DNA of 64,000 nucleotides from Octopus vulgaris (Eukaryota): assembly GCA_951406725.2 (NCBI GenBank), contig OX597828.1, positions 19,220,001 through 19,284,000 on the forward strand. Direction: 5' to 3'. A model generated the notes under the pieces. It had not been told where the DNA came from. It searched no databases and saw only the letters and a program-made list of their open reading frames with translations. Of this stretch, positions 12,552-27,600 are shown piece after piece; the stretch's first letter is position 1, and every line of letters starts with the position of its first letter. A program made the translations under genes and the position numbers.

Positions 12552-14399
12552 GTAAGCCATATATATAACAATTACTACTTAGTGATAAGGTGATCATTTA
12601 GTACCATTTTGTTTTGTTTTTCTGTTTTCTTTTGTTTGTTTGTTTTTTATTTTCTCCCACATTTCGATAAAGATATCAAATGATATCAAAATCATCATTA
12701 AGCCTCATTTAGCTTTATATATATTTCATCTTCACATGAAACATCACTGCAAAATCATTATAAAATAACATAATTACTGAAGTTAAAATACATTATTAAT
12801 TAATAGTATGAAAGCAGTAAGCTGGTAGAATCGTTAGCGCATCAGACAAAATGCCTTGCTGTATTTATTTCAACTTATTACATTCTGGGTTCAATCTGTA
12901 TTCAAATCTAACTAAAGTCAGTTTTACCCTTCATCCTTATGAGGTTGGGTCAATAAAATATATAGCAATAAGTGAGGTCTGCTCAATCAATTTTGGGGAA
13001 TTTGTTTGATTCCCCAAGTTTGATTTCTGTGAATATAAATAAAGTTCGATGTCTTAAGACATAAGTCCTTTGATGATGGTCTTGTATCTGAAATGAAGGA
13101 TGCAGCCCTTTTTAACTCCTCAAAGACCTTGTGTTTGAAACACCAGAAAGTTTCCTCTCTTTGCAACAACTAAATTCATGGGCACCTTGAAACTTTTCTT
13201 GAACATTTTTAAAATACTGTTTCCACTGCAGACCTACTCAAATTTCCTCAAAAACTTGGTTTTCTTTCAATCAATGCTTGGCCTAGTTTCAATGTAAGGT
13301 GTTTGATTGAGTAGCTAGAAATAATAGCCTGGTTTTTTCAAGTCACAGCCTTTCAGCCCTCCAGTATCAATAAAATAAGGGTGCGCGTCATGTGCTGAGG
13401 TCTAACAGGACCGACTCACCCTGTTTTGGAATGATCTAAATTAAAACATTCTTCTATCAAAAGTTCTTGATAATTCACATTCCAAACACCACCTTAATAA
13501 TGGTTAAGTTATTTTATTAAATATTTTCTATATTTTACATGTTTCAGTCATTAGACTGCCACCATGCTGGGTCTTGGAGAATTTTAGTCAAGCAAATCAA
13601 CCCTGATACTTTTTTTTAAGCCTGGTACTTATTCTGTTGGTCCATTTTGCTGAATTGTTAAGTTACAGGGATGTAAATGCACCAACACTGGTTTTCAAGT
13701 TGTAGTGTGAGACAAACAGACACACACACACACACACACACAACAAGCTTCTTTCATTTCTTGTGTACCAAATCCACTGCGAAAGCTTTGGTCAGTCCTA
13801 GGTTGTAGCAGAAGATACTTGCCCAAGGTACCACACAGCAGGACCAATCCCAGAACCATGTGGTTGGGAAGCAAACTTCTTTTATTCATTACATTGGCCA
13901 TAAAGGTCTTACGTGGAAAGGAAGTTACGGGCTGGACGTAAACATAATGATATGAATGACAAATGAAATGGGGGGAAAATGAGGGCAACAAGCAACGCCC
14001 ACCAATTGCTGTTTACCTGAGAACATTGTTCTTTTTAAGTTTCATACTCAAGGCAATAAACCTCTTACATTTTTTACAATACACAAACCATGAGGTAATA
14101 CAATTCAAATGAGGCAATACAATTCACTACAATAACAAACTTCTTACCATACAGTCATACCTGCAGCTTCCTTATATTGCATTATTTCCAAAATTAATTG
14201 AAACAAATCCAGTGCATTTTAATGAAATATGATACAAAAGAGTTAAAATGATTTAAATTAAAACTTTGCTTCAAAATTTCATGTTAATTTATGTTCTAAT
14301 TATCAACTTAACAGTGACAAAGTTACTTAACTAAATACTTCATTATTTTCAAAATTAATTGAAATAAAGCCATTTTATTACAATAGAAATTAGTTTTGT

Positions 14400-14650
14400 T
14401 TAGTTTGGTTGACCTCCTGGCTGCTTCAATGATTTCACGCTAGCATACCATCCATCATGGTCCCCCATGCATGTGCTTAACTCATCAACATTTGTCATTC
14501 CACTGCCCTGAAGCCAGTCGTCCATATAAGTTAGATGTTTTCTTCCCCTGTTGATTCTTCCTTCAACTGACTGCCATAAGACCAGTTGACACACAGATTC
14601 TTCTGGATGCCTGATCCAATGAAGAGTAATTCTCATTCTTCTTCACTGAA
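14400..14650 (-). mobile_element. RTE-clade LINE 3' fragment
   Basis: RHPEESVCQLVLWQSVEGRINRGRKHLTYMD resembles the RTE ORF2 C-terminus. Confidence 0.6.
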
Positions 14651-15499
14651 TCAGTAATATGATATAAAAGGATTAAGTAGTGTTTTTTTTTCTCTTTCCT
14701 TAAACCTTTCTACATAAAAGTAAAAATTTAAACTGCCCCAAAAATATATAAGAAATTGATGATAAACTTCCCATAAATTTCTATTTTCACAATATTTTGT
14801 TTACTTTTATTCTTTGTTTATTATGGTTTTTGTTGTCTTCTTTTTTATTTAGTTAGATTTTGGGGATATTTTTTTTTTTCTATTTTCCAATAAATTGTTG
14901 AGCTAATGGGCTGATGGGAAATAATAATAATTTATTTTGTATGTAAACAAAAGTATAATCATGTGACCAAGAAGTTTACTTTGCAACCTGAAAGATGTGG
15001 TTTCAATTCCATGACTTGGTACCTTACACAAGTGTCTCTTACTGCAGCCTAAATGTAGCTTTGGCACAAAGGCGGCAAGCTGGCAGAAATGTTAGCACAC
15101 AGGGCGAAATGCTTAGCAGTATTTCATCTGCCATTACGTTCTGAATTCAAATTCCGCCAAGGTCGACTTTGCCTTTCATCCTTTCGGGGTCGATAAAAAA
15201 AGTACCAGTTATGCACTGGGGTCAGTGTAATCGACTTAATTCATTTGTCTGTCCTTGTTTGTCCTCTCTGTGTTTATCCCCTTGTGGGTAGTAAAGAAAT
15301 AGGTATTTCGTCTGCCATTACATTCTGAGTTCAAATTCTGCCGAGGTCGACTTTGCCTTTCGTCCTTCCGGGGTCGATAAATAAAGTACCAGTTACGCAC
15401 TGGGGGTCAATGTAATCGACTTAATCCCTTTGTCTGTCCTTGTTTGTCCCCTCTATGTTTAGCCCCTTGTGAGCAATAAAGAAATAAGAAATGTAGCTT

Positions 15500-16328
15500 T
15501 GGCACATTTGTCAAGCCCAAATCCCATTTTGATCCTATCACTAAACTGTTTGTATATCAGAGTGCTTGCAATTATTGATCATTTTTTGCAAACAGTTATA
15601 AATCATGGAGACAATTAACTGCTTTTCCATATATCCTATATCCATAATTTATTTAATTCAGGACTTTGATTAGAGGAAACAGTGCTAAACAGAATAACAA
15701 AAGGAGATAAGGAGTCTCCTTGAAAGATTCCACAATGTGTATTGAGTTGTCCAGTGTTAATATTTGTAGTGGCAGTATTGAGATTTGATGTTCTATTCCA
15801 GAGCTTCATAGCACGAGATTCAAAATTCCTGATTACTGGTAAAATTTTGAACAAACACTTCTTTCTCTGAGAAGACTATGAAAGGCCTTCTTGTAGTCTA
15901 GAGATGTTTTTTCCTGTTGTGAAAATCTTCAAAAGTCCTTTTGTTAATCAACAGTTGATCCTTTCTTCCATAAGAGTTGGAGACTGAGGGATGATTTTTT
16001 TTTTTTTTTTTTTTCCTTTAAAAAATCCTTTTGTTAATTAACAGTTGATCCTTTCATCCACAAGACACACGTTTACATCCTTTTTATTCAAAAGGGAAGC
16101 TGTTGTTGTCAATGAGTTGCTATTATTGCAGGCAGAATCGTTAGCAGGCTGGACGAAATGCTTAGTGGTATTTTTGCCCATTGCTACATTCTGAGTTCAA
16201 ATTCTGCTGAGGTCGACTTTGCCTTTCATCCTTTCAGGGTCAATAAACTAAGTACCAGTGAAACACTGGGGTTGATGTAATCGACTAGTCCCCTTCCACC
16301 AAATTTCAGGCCTTGTGCTTATAGTAGA

Positions 16329-16385
<57 letters not shown>

Positions 16386-16405
16386 CATTATTATAATTAT
16401 TGTTA

Positions 16406-16440
<35 letters not shown>

Positions 16441-17862
16441 GTTAAGGTGGCAAGCTTGGCAGAATCATTAGCACACTGGATGAAATGCTTAGCAGTATTT
16501 CACCCGTTGCTACATTCTGAGTTCAAATTCCGCCGAGGTCAACTTTGCCTTTCATCTTTTTGGGGGTTGATGTAATCTACTTGTCCCCTCCCCCCCAAAT
16601 GGCTGCCCTTGTGGCAAAATTTGAAACCATTATCATTATTATTATCGTTAAGATGGCAAGCTGGCAGATTCATTAGCATGCCAGGCAAAATGCTTAGCGG
16701 TATTTCGTCTGCCGTTACATTCTGAGTTCAAATTCCGCCAAGGTCGACTTTGCCTTTCATCCTTTCGGGATCGATTAAATAAGTACCAGTTACACACTGG
16801 GGTCAATAAAATTGACTTAATCCGTTTGTCTGTCCTTGTTTGTCCCCTGTGTGTTTAGCCCTTTGTGGGTAGTAAAGACATAGGTATTTCGTCTTCCACT
16901 ATGTTAATTTTTGTAGGCATTCTAACTTCAATCTTTTTGAGTCACATTGGTAGTTGAATGCCAATGCTTCCAAGTTAGCCAGTTACTATTGGTATCACAT
17001 TCATTGCCCACAACCTGCATATTTCCCACTTCAATTTATCATGCTGTTCATTTTTTTATCTTCTTCTTTCTTTTCAATCTTGTTGTCACCAGGACATAAG
17101 TCAACTATCAGGCATGTTTTTTTTGTTTTTTTTCTGATCACCACAACAATATCAAGTTTCTGATGTCTAATCTGATTGGTTTCACTGAATCAGTGCATCT
17201 CACAGGTTTTTCCAATCTTCATTTTCAGTAATTCCCTCTGGGATTGAATCATACCACGTCTTTTGATCTTTCTAGACCATAATTTCAACAGAACTTCCAA
17301 TGGATCATCATTGCCACATTATCATGTCATCTTTTACATTTCATGTGCCATACTGTTTCACTCCTCTCAACTCACATTCTGCATTTGTCACTCTCAAAAT
17401 GTATTATCAATTCTGAACTTCATGTAACTTGTCCTTAATGTTTGTACTATTATTTTGGTTTAGCTCAGGTTTGGTCTTATTCCTGGAAAGATTTATATTG
17501 GTAGCAGGTTACTACCTATAACCTTAGGTATCCAACAAGCTTTCAGCAGTCTTTCAAGTGTTTAGAACCCTCTTGATAATTCTTGCTATCCCTAAGAGGA
17601 TAGCAAGAATTATCTTTCTACTGGGCTCTACTGGGCATTCTGTTTCAGTCTACTTTAGCCATTTGTCTATATTTTGGCTTCTATATCTTTGTATTATTAT
17701 TATTATCATCATTGCCTTTGCACAGCTTCTAACGCTGGAGATGTACTACGGTGTCAGCTGTTCACTATCAGTGAACTAAGGTAACACCTCTTATTTTTCA
17801 AGCACCTTCCGGAGTATTCGAGCAGTTCCAAGCATTGCTGTTTTCTGCAAGTGCTCCATCCA
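15500..17862 (-). mobile_element. Fragments of R4/Dong-type (RLE) non-LTR retrotransposons, interrupted by SINEs
   Basis: GIFQGDSLSP and KDQLLINK RT motifs (15640-16080); degenerate RHDNVA..IHW and PDI motifs (17100-17340); C-terminus EHLQKTAMLGTARILRKVLEK* (17790-17860) next to (ATT)n. Confidence 0.65.
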
Positions 17863-18665
17863 GATGGCAGAATTGTTAGTACACTGGATGAAATGCTTTG
17901 TGGTATTTCACCTGTCACTATGGTCTGAGTTCAAATGCCACCAAGGTCAACTTTGCCTTTCATTCTTTCAGGGTCGATAAATTAAGTACCAGTTGTGTAC
18001 TGAGGTTGATGTGATCGACAAGTCTCCTTCTTCAAAATTTCAGGCCTTGTGCCTATAGTAGCAAGGATTATTTCTATTATTTATTATGATTGAGAGAGAG
18101 AGCAGTGCATGCCATCAAAGTGACACTGGGGTAAAATATATGAAGCTCAGTATACCCATCATGACTACCCATCTGATAAGGGTACACCAGGCACATGCTT
18201 CACAACCATATGTGTGCAACATGGTGATCTCATATCAAGATAAACAGCACATGACCACAGGTGGGACCTAGTTAGAATTTTCTTCTGGTCAAGTAACCCA
18301 TCCCACTCAAAAGGTCCCTGAATAAGAGTTGTTTAAGGATATTGAACAAAACACCTATGTTTCCAGAGGTGAATTATTCAAACCCCAAAGAATCCCTCTC
18401 AACACATGGCCATGATGCTCCCCCACTATTTCTGATCATGATCAGAGATGCAGATATCGTCAGCCACTAAGGGACATGCTCAACTGGTTAAGGTCAAACA
18501 ACTGACAAGCAAATCTGTGGTATTGAGCAGAATATTTGCTGTAGCCCATCTTTTATACCAAGACAAAACAATGTACATGATAACACTTCCAATCAGTTAA
18601 GATCTTATTATTATTATCATTATCATTATTATTATTATTAATTTTTATTTTATTTTATTTTCCAG

Positions 18666-18776
18666 ATTCTACTTGCATTAGACAATGAGGTTTTAACACA
18701 CAAACAACAGTTGTCACACAAATTAGGACAAGTCATTGCTATGATAGAAGGTCAACCAAAAATGGCATATTTGTGA
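18666..18776 (+). CDS. PlexB: Plexin terminal coding exon: ILLALDNEVLTHKQQLSHKLGQVIAMIEGQPKMAYL*
   Basis: ttccAG acceptor at 18664-18665; matches plexin C-terminal I..AL......K.QL..KL.QV pattern; TGA 18774-18776; A-rich 3'UTR follows with AATAAA clusters near 18945 and 19670-19695. Confidence 0.88.
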   Translation: MLLALDNEVLTHKQQLSHKLGQVIAMIEGQPKMAYL

Positions 18777-19817
18777 GCGGGAGAAGAAATGATGTATTTA
18801 CGTTCTTTTTTTTTTTACCAATTTTTTTTTTTTTTGTTCCACAATGGACAGTGTGTATGAACAAAGAGCAAACGAAACAAAATGTTGGCTAGTAAATGAA
18901 TGACACAGCACCGATGATCTGTTATGTACCCATTTGAAAAAAAAATAAATAAGAACCCCCAAGATGATAATAATAATATTAATAATAATAATAATGATAA
19001 TAATAATAATAAAATTAAGAAATTTTAAATTATATATTTTTTCTTAAAACTGACTAAAGAAAAGAAAAGAAAAGAAAGAAAGAAAAATGGGTGAAACAAA
19101 ACAACGATAGTGAGTTTTTTTTGTTGTTGTTGTTTGTTTATGTTTTTTTTCAATAAATAAACTCACAAAAAAAAAGAAAGAAGAAAAAAAGGTTTTAATT
19201 ACTATCCGACATTCACAGTCAACATATGCAATCTCGTTGGATTCATATATGTACGTATGTGTGAGTGAGTGTACGTGTGTGTATATATTATTTGTGTGTG
19301 GGGTTTTTGTAAGTGTACGAAAACAAAACAAACAAAACAGACAAACAAATATAAAACAAGAAGAAGAAAATAGAAAGGAAGATCAAATCAAATTTTGAAA
19401 AAAGAAAAGAAAAAAAAACATCAAAAAACACTCACTTGCATTAGATAAATTGCAATGGTTCTATTTGAAGAAAGAAAGGAAAAAAAAAAGAGCAAACACA
19501 CAAAAAGGATAAAAAAAAAAGAAGAAAACAAGGTAAACGGCAAACATTTGGTGTGTGTATATGTGAAATAAAGCGGAAACACAAAAAAAATATATATATA
19601 AATAAAACAAAATATTAACAAAAACAATATAAAACAAAGATGAAAAAAAAATCAAAAACAAATTGAATATTAAATAAAAATAAAATAAATAAAATATGAA
19701 ATTGTCAACAAGATAAAAAAAATTTGTGGTGCAATCTCTTGTTTTGATGCTACTCTGCTGTTACAAAACCATAATGATGTGTGTAATATACATGTGTGTG
19801 TGTGTATGTATATGTAT

Positions 19818-20041
19818 CTCTTTTACTCTTTTATTTGTTTCAGTCATTTGACTGTGGCCATGCTGGAGCACCGCCTTTAGTCAAGCAAATCAACCCCAGG
19901 AATTATTCTTTGTAATCCTAGCACTTATTCTATTGGTCTCTTTTGCCGAGTTACTGGGACGTGAACACACCAGCATCGGTTGTCAAGCGACGTTGGGGAG
20001 GGGGGGCAAAGACTGACACACAAACATATATATACACACAC

Positions 20042-20102
<61 letters not shown>

Positions 20103-20266
20103 TATATACGATGGACTTCTTTCAGTTTCCGTCTACCAAATCCACTCACAAGGCTTTGGTTGGCCCAAGGCTTTAGTAGCAGACACTTGCCCAAGGTGCC
20201 ACACAGTGGGATTGACCCTGGAACCATGTGGTTCGTAAGCAAGCTACTTACCACACAGCCGCTCCT
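19818..20266 (-). mobile_element. tRNA-derived SINE, third family with internal (CA/TA) tract (also 35000-35433 +, 37570-37974 -, 9658-9830 +, others)
   Basis: Head GGCTGTGTGGTAAGTAGCTTGC...GGTTCAGTCCC, core CACCTTGGGCAAGTGTCTTC, tail GACTGAAACAA(G)TAAAAGAG. Confidence 0.8.
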
Positions 20267-21233
20267 ATGTATATATAATTATAATAAAAGCTGAAGGAAT
20301 AAGATAAATGTGGAGAAAATTAATAGAAATATATATTTTAAAAAGTAAGATGTATTTTCCCTTAAGAAGAATATCCACCCTCTCTCTAATCTCTCAGTAA
20401 TCTGTCTCTCTCCTCTTCCTCTTCCTACTCCACCTCTTACTCTGTAAGCAACTATAAGTGGTAACAGCAATTAAGTTCCAGTCAAATACCCATGCACATG
20501 TTAAACGCTGATCGAATTCTAAATACTTCATGCAAAACTGATGGCAAAAGCACCATGGCAGCATGAAATATATTGGAAAGTGATCCTAAGTCATCTCGGT
20601 GTGATAAGCAACATGGGAAAGGTAAAATGAATATATGAAAAAAAAATAAATAAAAAGAAAACATCCAGAATTCATTAATTCACTAATTAGTCAATTGGTT
20701 TAACGTGTGTATATACCTTAAAAATACTGTGAATACATGATGATAAAAAAAAAGAGTTCAGTGACTTTGTGTAAGAGTGATAGATTTCTGAGATCTCCAG
20801 GTTACAATATTCCTTGTTTTTACAGGGAAATTCATTATCTTTAGGAGTTTCCAATAGAGTTGGAATGATAGCAGTTCAATCATAACTACCCACAAATGTA
20901 TGCAACCAGTGATGTCCATTTGGATTTATTGGGATTTTTAAATACGTGTGTATGAAAGTAGCACCACATTTTGAAGGAGTTTGAGGTTATTACCGATAAA
21001 TGCTCATATGGTGCTGCTTGTAGACCAATGTATTTTGAAAGCAATGTCATTCATTTGGCATTGCCGGTCAACCAGACACAAATCTGTGTTAGGACAGTTA
21101 CATGGTTTTCTTGAGATACTAGAATTGATTCCACTATGTTTGCTCATTCCTTCGCCTTTTATTAAATATTCTTTATCAGAGATATCCTGATGACTGGCTC
21201 TAACTAGTGAATTCTACAACCATTTTCATTATT

Positions 21234-21275
<42 letters not shown>

Positions 21276-21822
21276 ATAGAATATAAATGTGTATGTGTGC
21301 AGTGCATATATATATATACATATATATATGTATGTATATATGTACATATACACACATATATATACATACACACACACACATATATATATATATACAGTAT
21401 ATATACAAATATATCTATATGTATAATATATACATACATATATATAAACATACATATATGTATATCTATATATATATGCATATATATATATATATATATA
21501 TGCATACATATATATATTTATATATATACATACATACATACAAATAAGACTCCATAAAGAAGAATGAAGAAAACAAATTTTGAGGATGTATAATTCCTCA
21601 TTCTTTCATATGATGTCTTAATTATATAATTTGTATGCTTTATATAAAATCCAATGAGGCAAACTCAAGATTTACCTACCAAGTGAAATACCTTGTAATT
21701 GTTTATCTCAAACAATTTTATGTGTTCCATATCATTTGATGTGGTTAGCCAGAACATGGATTATATCAGAGAGCTAAGTACCTACCCAAATTCCAAATCC
21801 TTATTCCTTTATATTTTATATA

Positions 21823-23050
21823 TCAGGTCATCCCATAAGTTCTGTCCGAATTTTGAATAAAGAAAACAAGTGATCAAAAGTTATATTTAATTGAAATTTT
21901 AAATCAATGTACTTTCTGTGATTATTTATGACTTCCTTCCATCTATTTACAAGCTTTTTAATCCCATCAATGTAAGTTTCCTTATTATTATTTTAAAACT
22001 CTTTTGGTTTCAAAGTGAAGAATTTGAAAATGTCAGTTTCGACCTCCTCCTGGTTTGCATAAGTTATGTCCCCCAAATGGTTTTGTAAACTACGAAACAA
22101 ATGGTAGTCTGAAAGAGCAAGGTCAGGAGAATAGGGTGGATGAGGAATTTTTTATCAACCAAGCTCTTCAATCTTCTGTGTTGTGATCTTTGAAGTGTGG
22201 GGTCACTCATTGTCCTGATGAAACATCACTCCTTTTTGATTCACTAAAGCAGGTCTTTTTTTCTTCAAAGCTTGGTTCAAAAGCTCTAATTGCTTACAGT
22301 AGACTTGAGCATTGATTGTTGCATTAGGTGGTAACAATTCAAAGTGAATTACTCCTTTGAAATCCCACCAGATAGAGAGAAGAACCTTTTTCCCATGAAG
22401 TTCCCTTCTCACCAAGCCACTGTTTACAACATTTAACATTTCGATAGAAGATCCATTTTTTGTCACCAGTCACAAGTCTATCCAAAAAGGGTGAAATGAG
22501 TTCATGAGAATGCAGAGAAGAGCAGATGTCAACTCAGGATTTGCAGTTGCTTTCGGACAATTCATGAGGCACCCATTTTCCAAGTTGTTGAAGATGATGA
22601 TGAACAGTTGTATAGTTTGAACTAAGCTTTATTGCCAATTCTTCAACTGATAATGCAGGATTTTCTTCAAGTAATGCTTCAAGGAGCTTATCATCAAACT
22701 CAACTGGACGTCCTGTTCGGTCTTCATCTTCAAGGCTGAAATCTCCACTTCGGAATTTTGCAAACAATCTTTTGCAAGTTCTTTCACTCGAGCATTCTTT
22801 CCCATAAACTGAGTGTATGTTTCGGGTCACTTTGGCTGCAGGGTTTCCTTTTTTGTACTCATAAAGCATTATGTGCCTCAAATGCTCTTTGGATACTTCC
22901 ATGTCAGAAAGGGTTTTAATCAAAGAAATTCTAATTCTATTATTCTGTAAAATAATATTTAATTAGTTTAAATGTACACAAATGCATAAAAATAATTTTT
23001 ATTTAATTTTAAAAAAGGTAAAATTGGACAGAACTTATGGGATGACCTGA
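21823..23050 (-). mobile_element. Full-length but decayed mariner (DD34D) transposon
   Basis: TIRs TCAGGTCATCCCATAAGTTCTGTCC / GGACAGAACTTATGGGATGACCTGA in TA context; transposase from ATG 22902 (MEVSKEHLRHIMLYEY, WVPHEL, FHQDN, HPPYSPDLALSDYHLF) with stops and frameshifts. Confidence 0.92.
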
Positions 23051-23058
23051 CATATATA

Positions 23059-23094
<36 letters not shown>

Positions 23095-24942
23095 CTATGT
23101 ATATATGCATGAATGTATGTATGTCTATATATATATATATATATATATAATTCACTGCTAGCTCAAATGGTCTTTAGCACAACTTGTTTCTCTTTCTCTA
23201 TCTTCTAATAATATATATTCATTCATATGTTTTATATCCATTTTTTTTGCAGTGCTAGTGTAGGTATTGAGGTGCTGTTTCACAGCCAAATGCCCTCCCT
23301 GTTGCTAATCCTTACTAGTTCTTCAAGTAAAGGATTCTTCATTCTTTCAGAGCAAGTAGAAAGTCATTGACCAGAGCATCAACAACACAGCCTGAATGTG
23401 ATAAGTTCCAAATGAGCGAGCACAGACATAAACATACACATATGGATACATGCATATATGCCTGTGCAAATGCATATGCACACACACACACACAGATATG
23501 CAAGAATATATAAATGATAGGTTTCTTTTTGTTTCCATCTGCTAAATCGATCACAAGGAGCTATTGCAGAAAACACTTTCTGAAGGTGCTGTGCAGTGAG
23601 ATTGAACTCAAAATCATGTGGTTAAAAAGCAAACTTCTTAACCACACAACCATGCCAGCACCTATACATACAGACATTCATGCATAAATTTGTGTCTATC
23701 ATCATAGGTGCATCAGGTTATGTACCAACAAATTTGCACAAAAACCTAGAATTACTTGGTTTCACAGAGAAAGAGCAAAAGAAACTGACATGGTTTCTCC
23801 AAATCCAATTTGTTATTGAAATAGTGAAAGATTTGTAAAATATTCCCCAAATTCTCCAACTGAGATTCTTATGTAAATTGACGCACACACTTGGGTGTAT
23901 ACAGCAACAGTTCAACCAACACACCGACAGACACAGAGAACTTTCTCATCATCATCATTTAACGTCCGTTTTCCATGCTAGCATGGGTTGGACAGTTTGA
24001 CCGGTGTTTGGGAAGCCAGGAGGCTGCACCAGGTTCCAGTCTGATCTTGCAGTATTTCTACAGCTGGATGCCCTTCCTAGCGCCAACCACTGTGAGTGTA
24101 GTGTGTGCTTTTTACGTGCCACTGGCTTAGGAGCCAGAGGAGGCTGGCAATGGCCACATTTGGATGGTGCTTTTTACATGCCACCGGCATGGACGCCAGT
24201 CAAGGCGGCACTGGTATCGGCCACGTTTGGATGGTGCTTTTTACGTGCCATCAACACGGGTATCACAACTCAACTCAAAAAATTTTCTTGCCTTGCTAGT
24301 GACTGGCTTGGACTCTCTCAAGAAGAAATTCAGCTCAGCAAAAATTCATACTTACATATATAGTTACATACATACATATATACTTTTCTACTCTAGGCAC
24401 AAGGCCTGAAATTTTCCAGGAGGGGACCAGTCGATTAGACCAACTCCAATACACAACTGATACTTAATTTATTGACCCTGAAAGGATGAAAGGAAAAAGT
24501 CAGCCTTGGAGGAATTTGAACTCAGAATGTAAAGACAGACAAAATACCTATTTCTTTACTACCCACAAGGGGCTAAACACAGGGAGGACAAACAAACAGA
24601 TTAAGTCGATTATATCGACCCCAGTGCGTAACTGGTACTTATTTAATCAACCCTGAAAGGATGAAAGGCAAATTTGACCTCTGCGGAATTTGAACTCAGA
24701 GCGTAATGGCAGACGAAATGCAGCTAAGCATTTCGCCCGGCGTGCTAACGTTTCTGCCAGCTCACCACCTTCATAGATATATATATAGCTGCAAACACAT
24801 ACATATATTATAAAATGCATAAATTGGTTTTTCTAATTTACTGATTTCTCCCATATTTCACTTTTTCCTTGTTTCCAGTCCAGAAATGTGTTAAAACAAC
24901 AATAATAATAATAATCACACACACACACACACATATATATTA

Positions 24943-25885
24943 CTAGCAGTTTAACTCAGCCTTGCCCGGGATTAAGTTACGATTATTTAGCTAATCAAGT
25001 TCTTTATTTCAAGCCAAACTAAGTAATATCGACGTCAAATTTGGGCGAAATCCGTTGAAATTGGTAGGGTTATTTAAGGAAATAAAGATAACTTCTGTTA
25101 TATGCTTGACGGCTCTGCTGTCAGGTGTTTGTAATGTTCATGAGATATTTGAAAGGCAGTGCTGATATGTTAAATAAATGGATTCTCAACAAAACACTTT
25201 TTTACTCAGCGTAAAATAAAAACAAAACTCTTTCACACCCAAAGTAATATATGTGTGAGAGAGGCAGGTGGAGAAAGATGAAGGATTTAAAATGAATATA
25301 TTGTAATTGTTGTGTGAGAAAATTTATATACTCTGATTATAAAATATAGTGTTTTTCAAAAACATCCTAAATCTGAACACTATATCTCGTGTTTAAGAAA
25401 AAACAAAACATTTTATTTTTTATGAACGCTGTGACTTATTCTCCCTCCCCCCTCTCTCTCTCTCACTTTGTCTTTACCTTTTTTTTTGTTAGATCACTAT
25501 CAAACTATCTCCCACTCTTCATTACACATACTTTTACTTTACTATTTTTGTTAGACGTTTCGAAACACTCTCTCTCCCTCACACACACACACACACATAC
25601 ATCAACACACAACTTCTCTCTCTCCCTCACACACGCACTTTCACTTGACTATGGCTAGAAGGGACTTAACTTATGTTAACAACCTTCAAAATAGGTAAAA
25701 ACTATGGCTGAAAATAGATTTTTACCTGTATCCGTGGGTGCCTTGGGAAAAAAATAAGTTGACAAAACCCAGGTAGGATGTTGACGAATGTCCTCCTAAA
25801 ATTGGAGCGACATGCGTGCTAATTTGTGGACATGCATAAATTACAATTACGTACACACACACATCCTGCCTTATATATATAAAGA
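24943..25885 (-). mobile_element. Non-autonomous Helitron
   Basis: Minus strand starts A|TC TTTATATATATAAG and ends with a GC-rich hairpin-like CCCGGGCAAGGCTGAG then CTAG|T; related 3' end at ~46487-46515 and ~63766-63794. Confidence 0.65.
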
Positions 25886-27034
25886 TATTTATAGTGCAAC
25901 CCATGCCAGCATGGAAAACTGATGTTAAAGAATGATGATGATATGTACACAAGCACAAACATACACACACACACACAGACACATTCCAACTGAAGAAATC
26001 ATGCCAAAGGAGACACTGGAGCATGATACTGTCCTGGGGCCCATTGGATCCTGTCAAACTGTCCAAACCATGCTAGCACAGAACCTGCATGTTAAATGAT
26101 GATGATGAATGTAATTAAGAAGTCCTTTTAACATTTAAATGATGTTTACAACTTTTCTTTTTATTTTGTCAGGTTTCTTTGTTTTTATATATTTTCTATT
26201 CTAATTTCGCTTTTTTTTTACTGTGAATATCTTTGGGAGATGTGTGTGTACATGTGTATTTTAACAGTAGTTAAAATAGTTGAGGAAGTTAGGGTAAGGT
26301 AATTGATTAAGCTTAGACTAATTATAGCCAATTTTCTAACAACATTTATCTCTATACATCCACTGACCAGAAGGACAGCTGTTACCAATTGACTTTGTTA
26401 ACTATAATTAACAGCAACCTCATTATTGTGGTTGAAGATTTTAATAGACATACTGGACAAAACCATGAGGGCTTCTCTGATAGACCTGGTGGCATTGGTT
26501 TTAGTATGAGAAATGATGTATGATGAAGGTTATCAGAGTACTTTGAAAAGCACGTACTGTCCAGCTGCATAAGTGCAGGAACTAAAATATGATTAGTGGG
26601 TGCAAACCCAAGATGTCCAAAACATTTTAATTGCTCCTCCAAAAAAAATTTTAGGAGTTACCTTTGCATCTCCTGTTCCCAACCCTATATCCATCTGCTA
26701 CACAAACTTCAAGAAATCAGCCAACCATCTGATCCCCTTCCTAATTAGACAAATGCACAAGTCAGATAGATTTTATTCTCACCATGAAATGGGAGAGACA
26801 GATGTTTGTAAGTATTAATCATTTTTTGATTGGTGAATGCCATCACCCAGCATGTATTAGTGTTTTTAGTGACAGTTTCAGAAACAAAATATCAATACAA
26901 TCTGGAGAAAGAAGGTATGGAAACTAAAGGAATCCTCAGTCAATTAGAGATACATAAAAATTCCAGTTGATGCTGACAAGGGACTAGGAATTGTGGAAAT
27001 TTGCTGTACCTGAAAAGATGTGTCAAGCTAAGTA

Positions 27035-27600
27035 TTAGGTTGTCCAGAAAGTTCGTGCTGATTTTTAAAGGAAAGAAAAAGGTCAATAAATACTTGCCAT
27101 TACATTTTTAATCAACCAAATATGAACCATTTTGTTGCACAATGCCTCTCCATCTTTCCTTTAACTTGAAAATACCCTCTTTCCAGAATTGAGATTGTTT
27201 CATGGCAAAGAATTCATCAAGGTATCTTTTTACGTCATCTAAGAAATTGAAATTTTTACCATTAAGACTATTCTGCAGAGACCTGAATAAGTGGAAATCC
27301 GAAGGAGCAATATCTGGTGAATGTGGAGGGTGAGGTAACACATCCCAGCCGAGCTGCAGCAATTTTTGTTTGGTTCCCAAAGCATCAAGTGCCGAAAATG
27401 AACTTTCTTATCTTCCATTTTAAAGGGTTACAGAATTAACACAGGTTATAGGAACATGAACCTTCTTCTATGAAAAGATAGCTTAAACTGAGTTCTAAAT
27501 GGAGGTGTAGTCAAATCCTATTTCATGGACTCAACCATGTTCTAAAATAAGTCGCAAGATATGCTACTATAAATCGGCACGAACTTTCCGGACAACCCAA
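27035..27600 (-). mobile_element. Internally deleted mariner; extra copy of one end at 27709-27812
   Basis: TIRs TTAGGTTGTCCAGAAAGTTCGTGC / GCACGAACTTTCCGGACAACCCAA flanked by TA; C-terminal transposase LPHPPHSPDIAPSDFHLFRSLQN. Confidence 0.9.
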
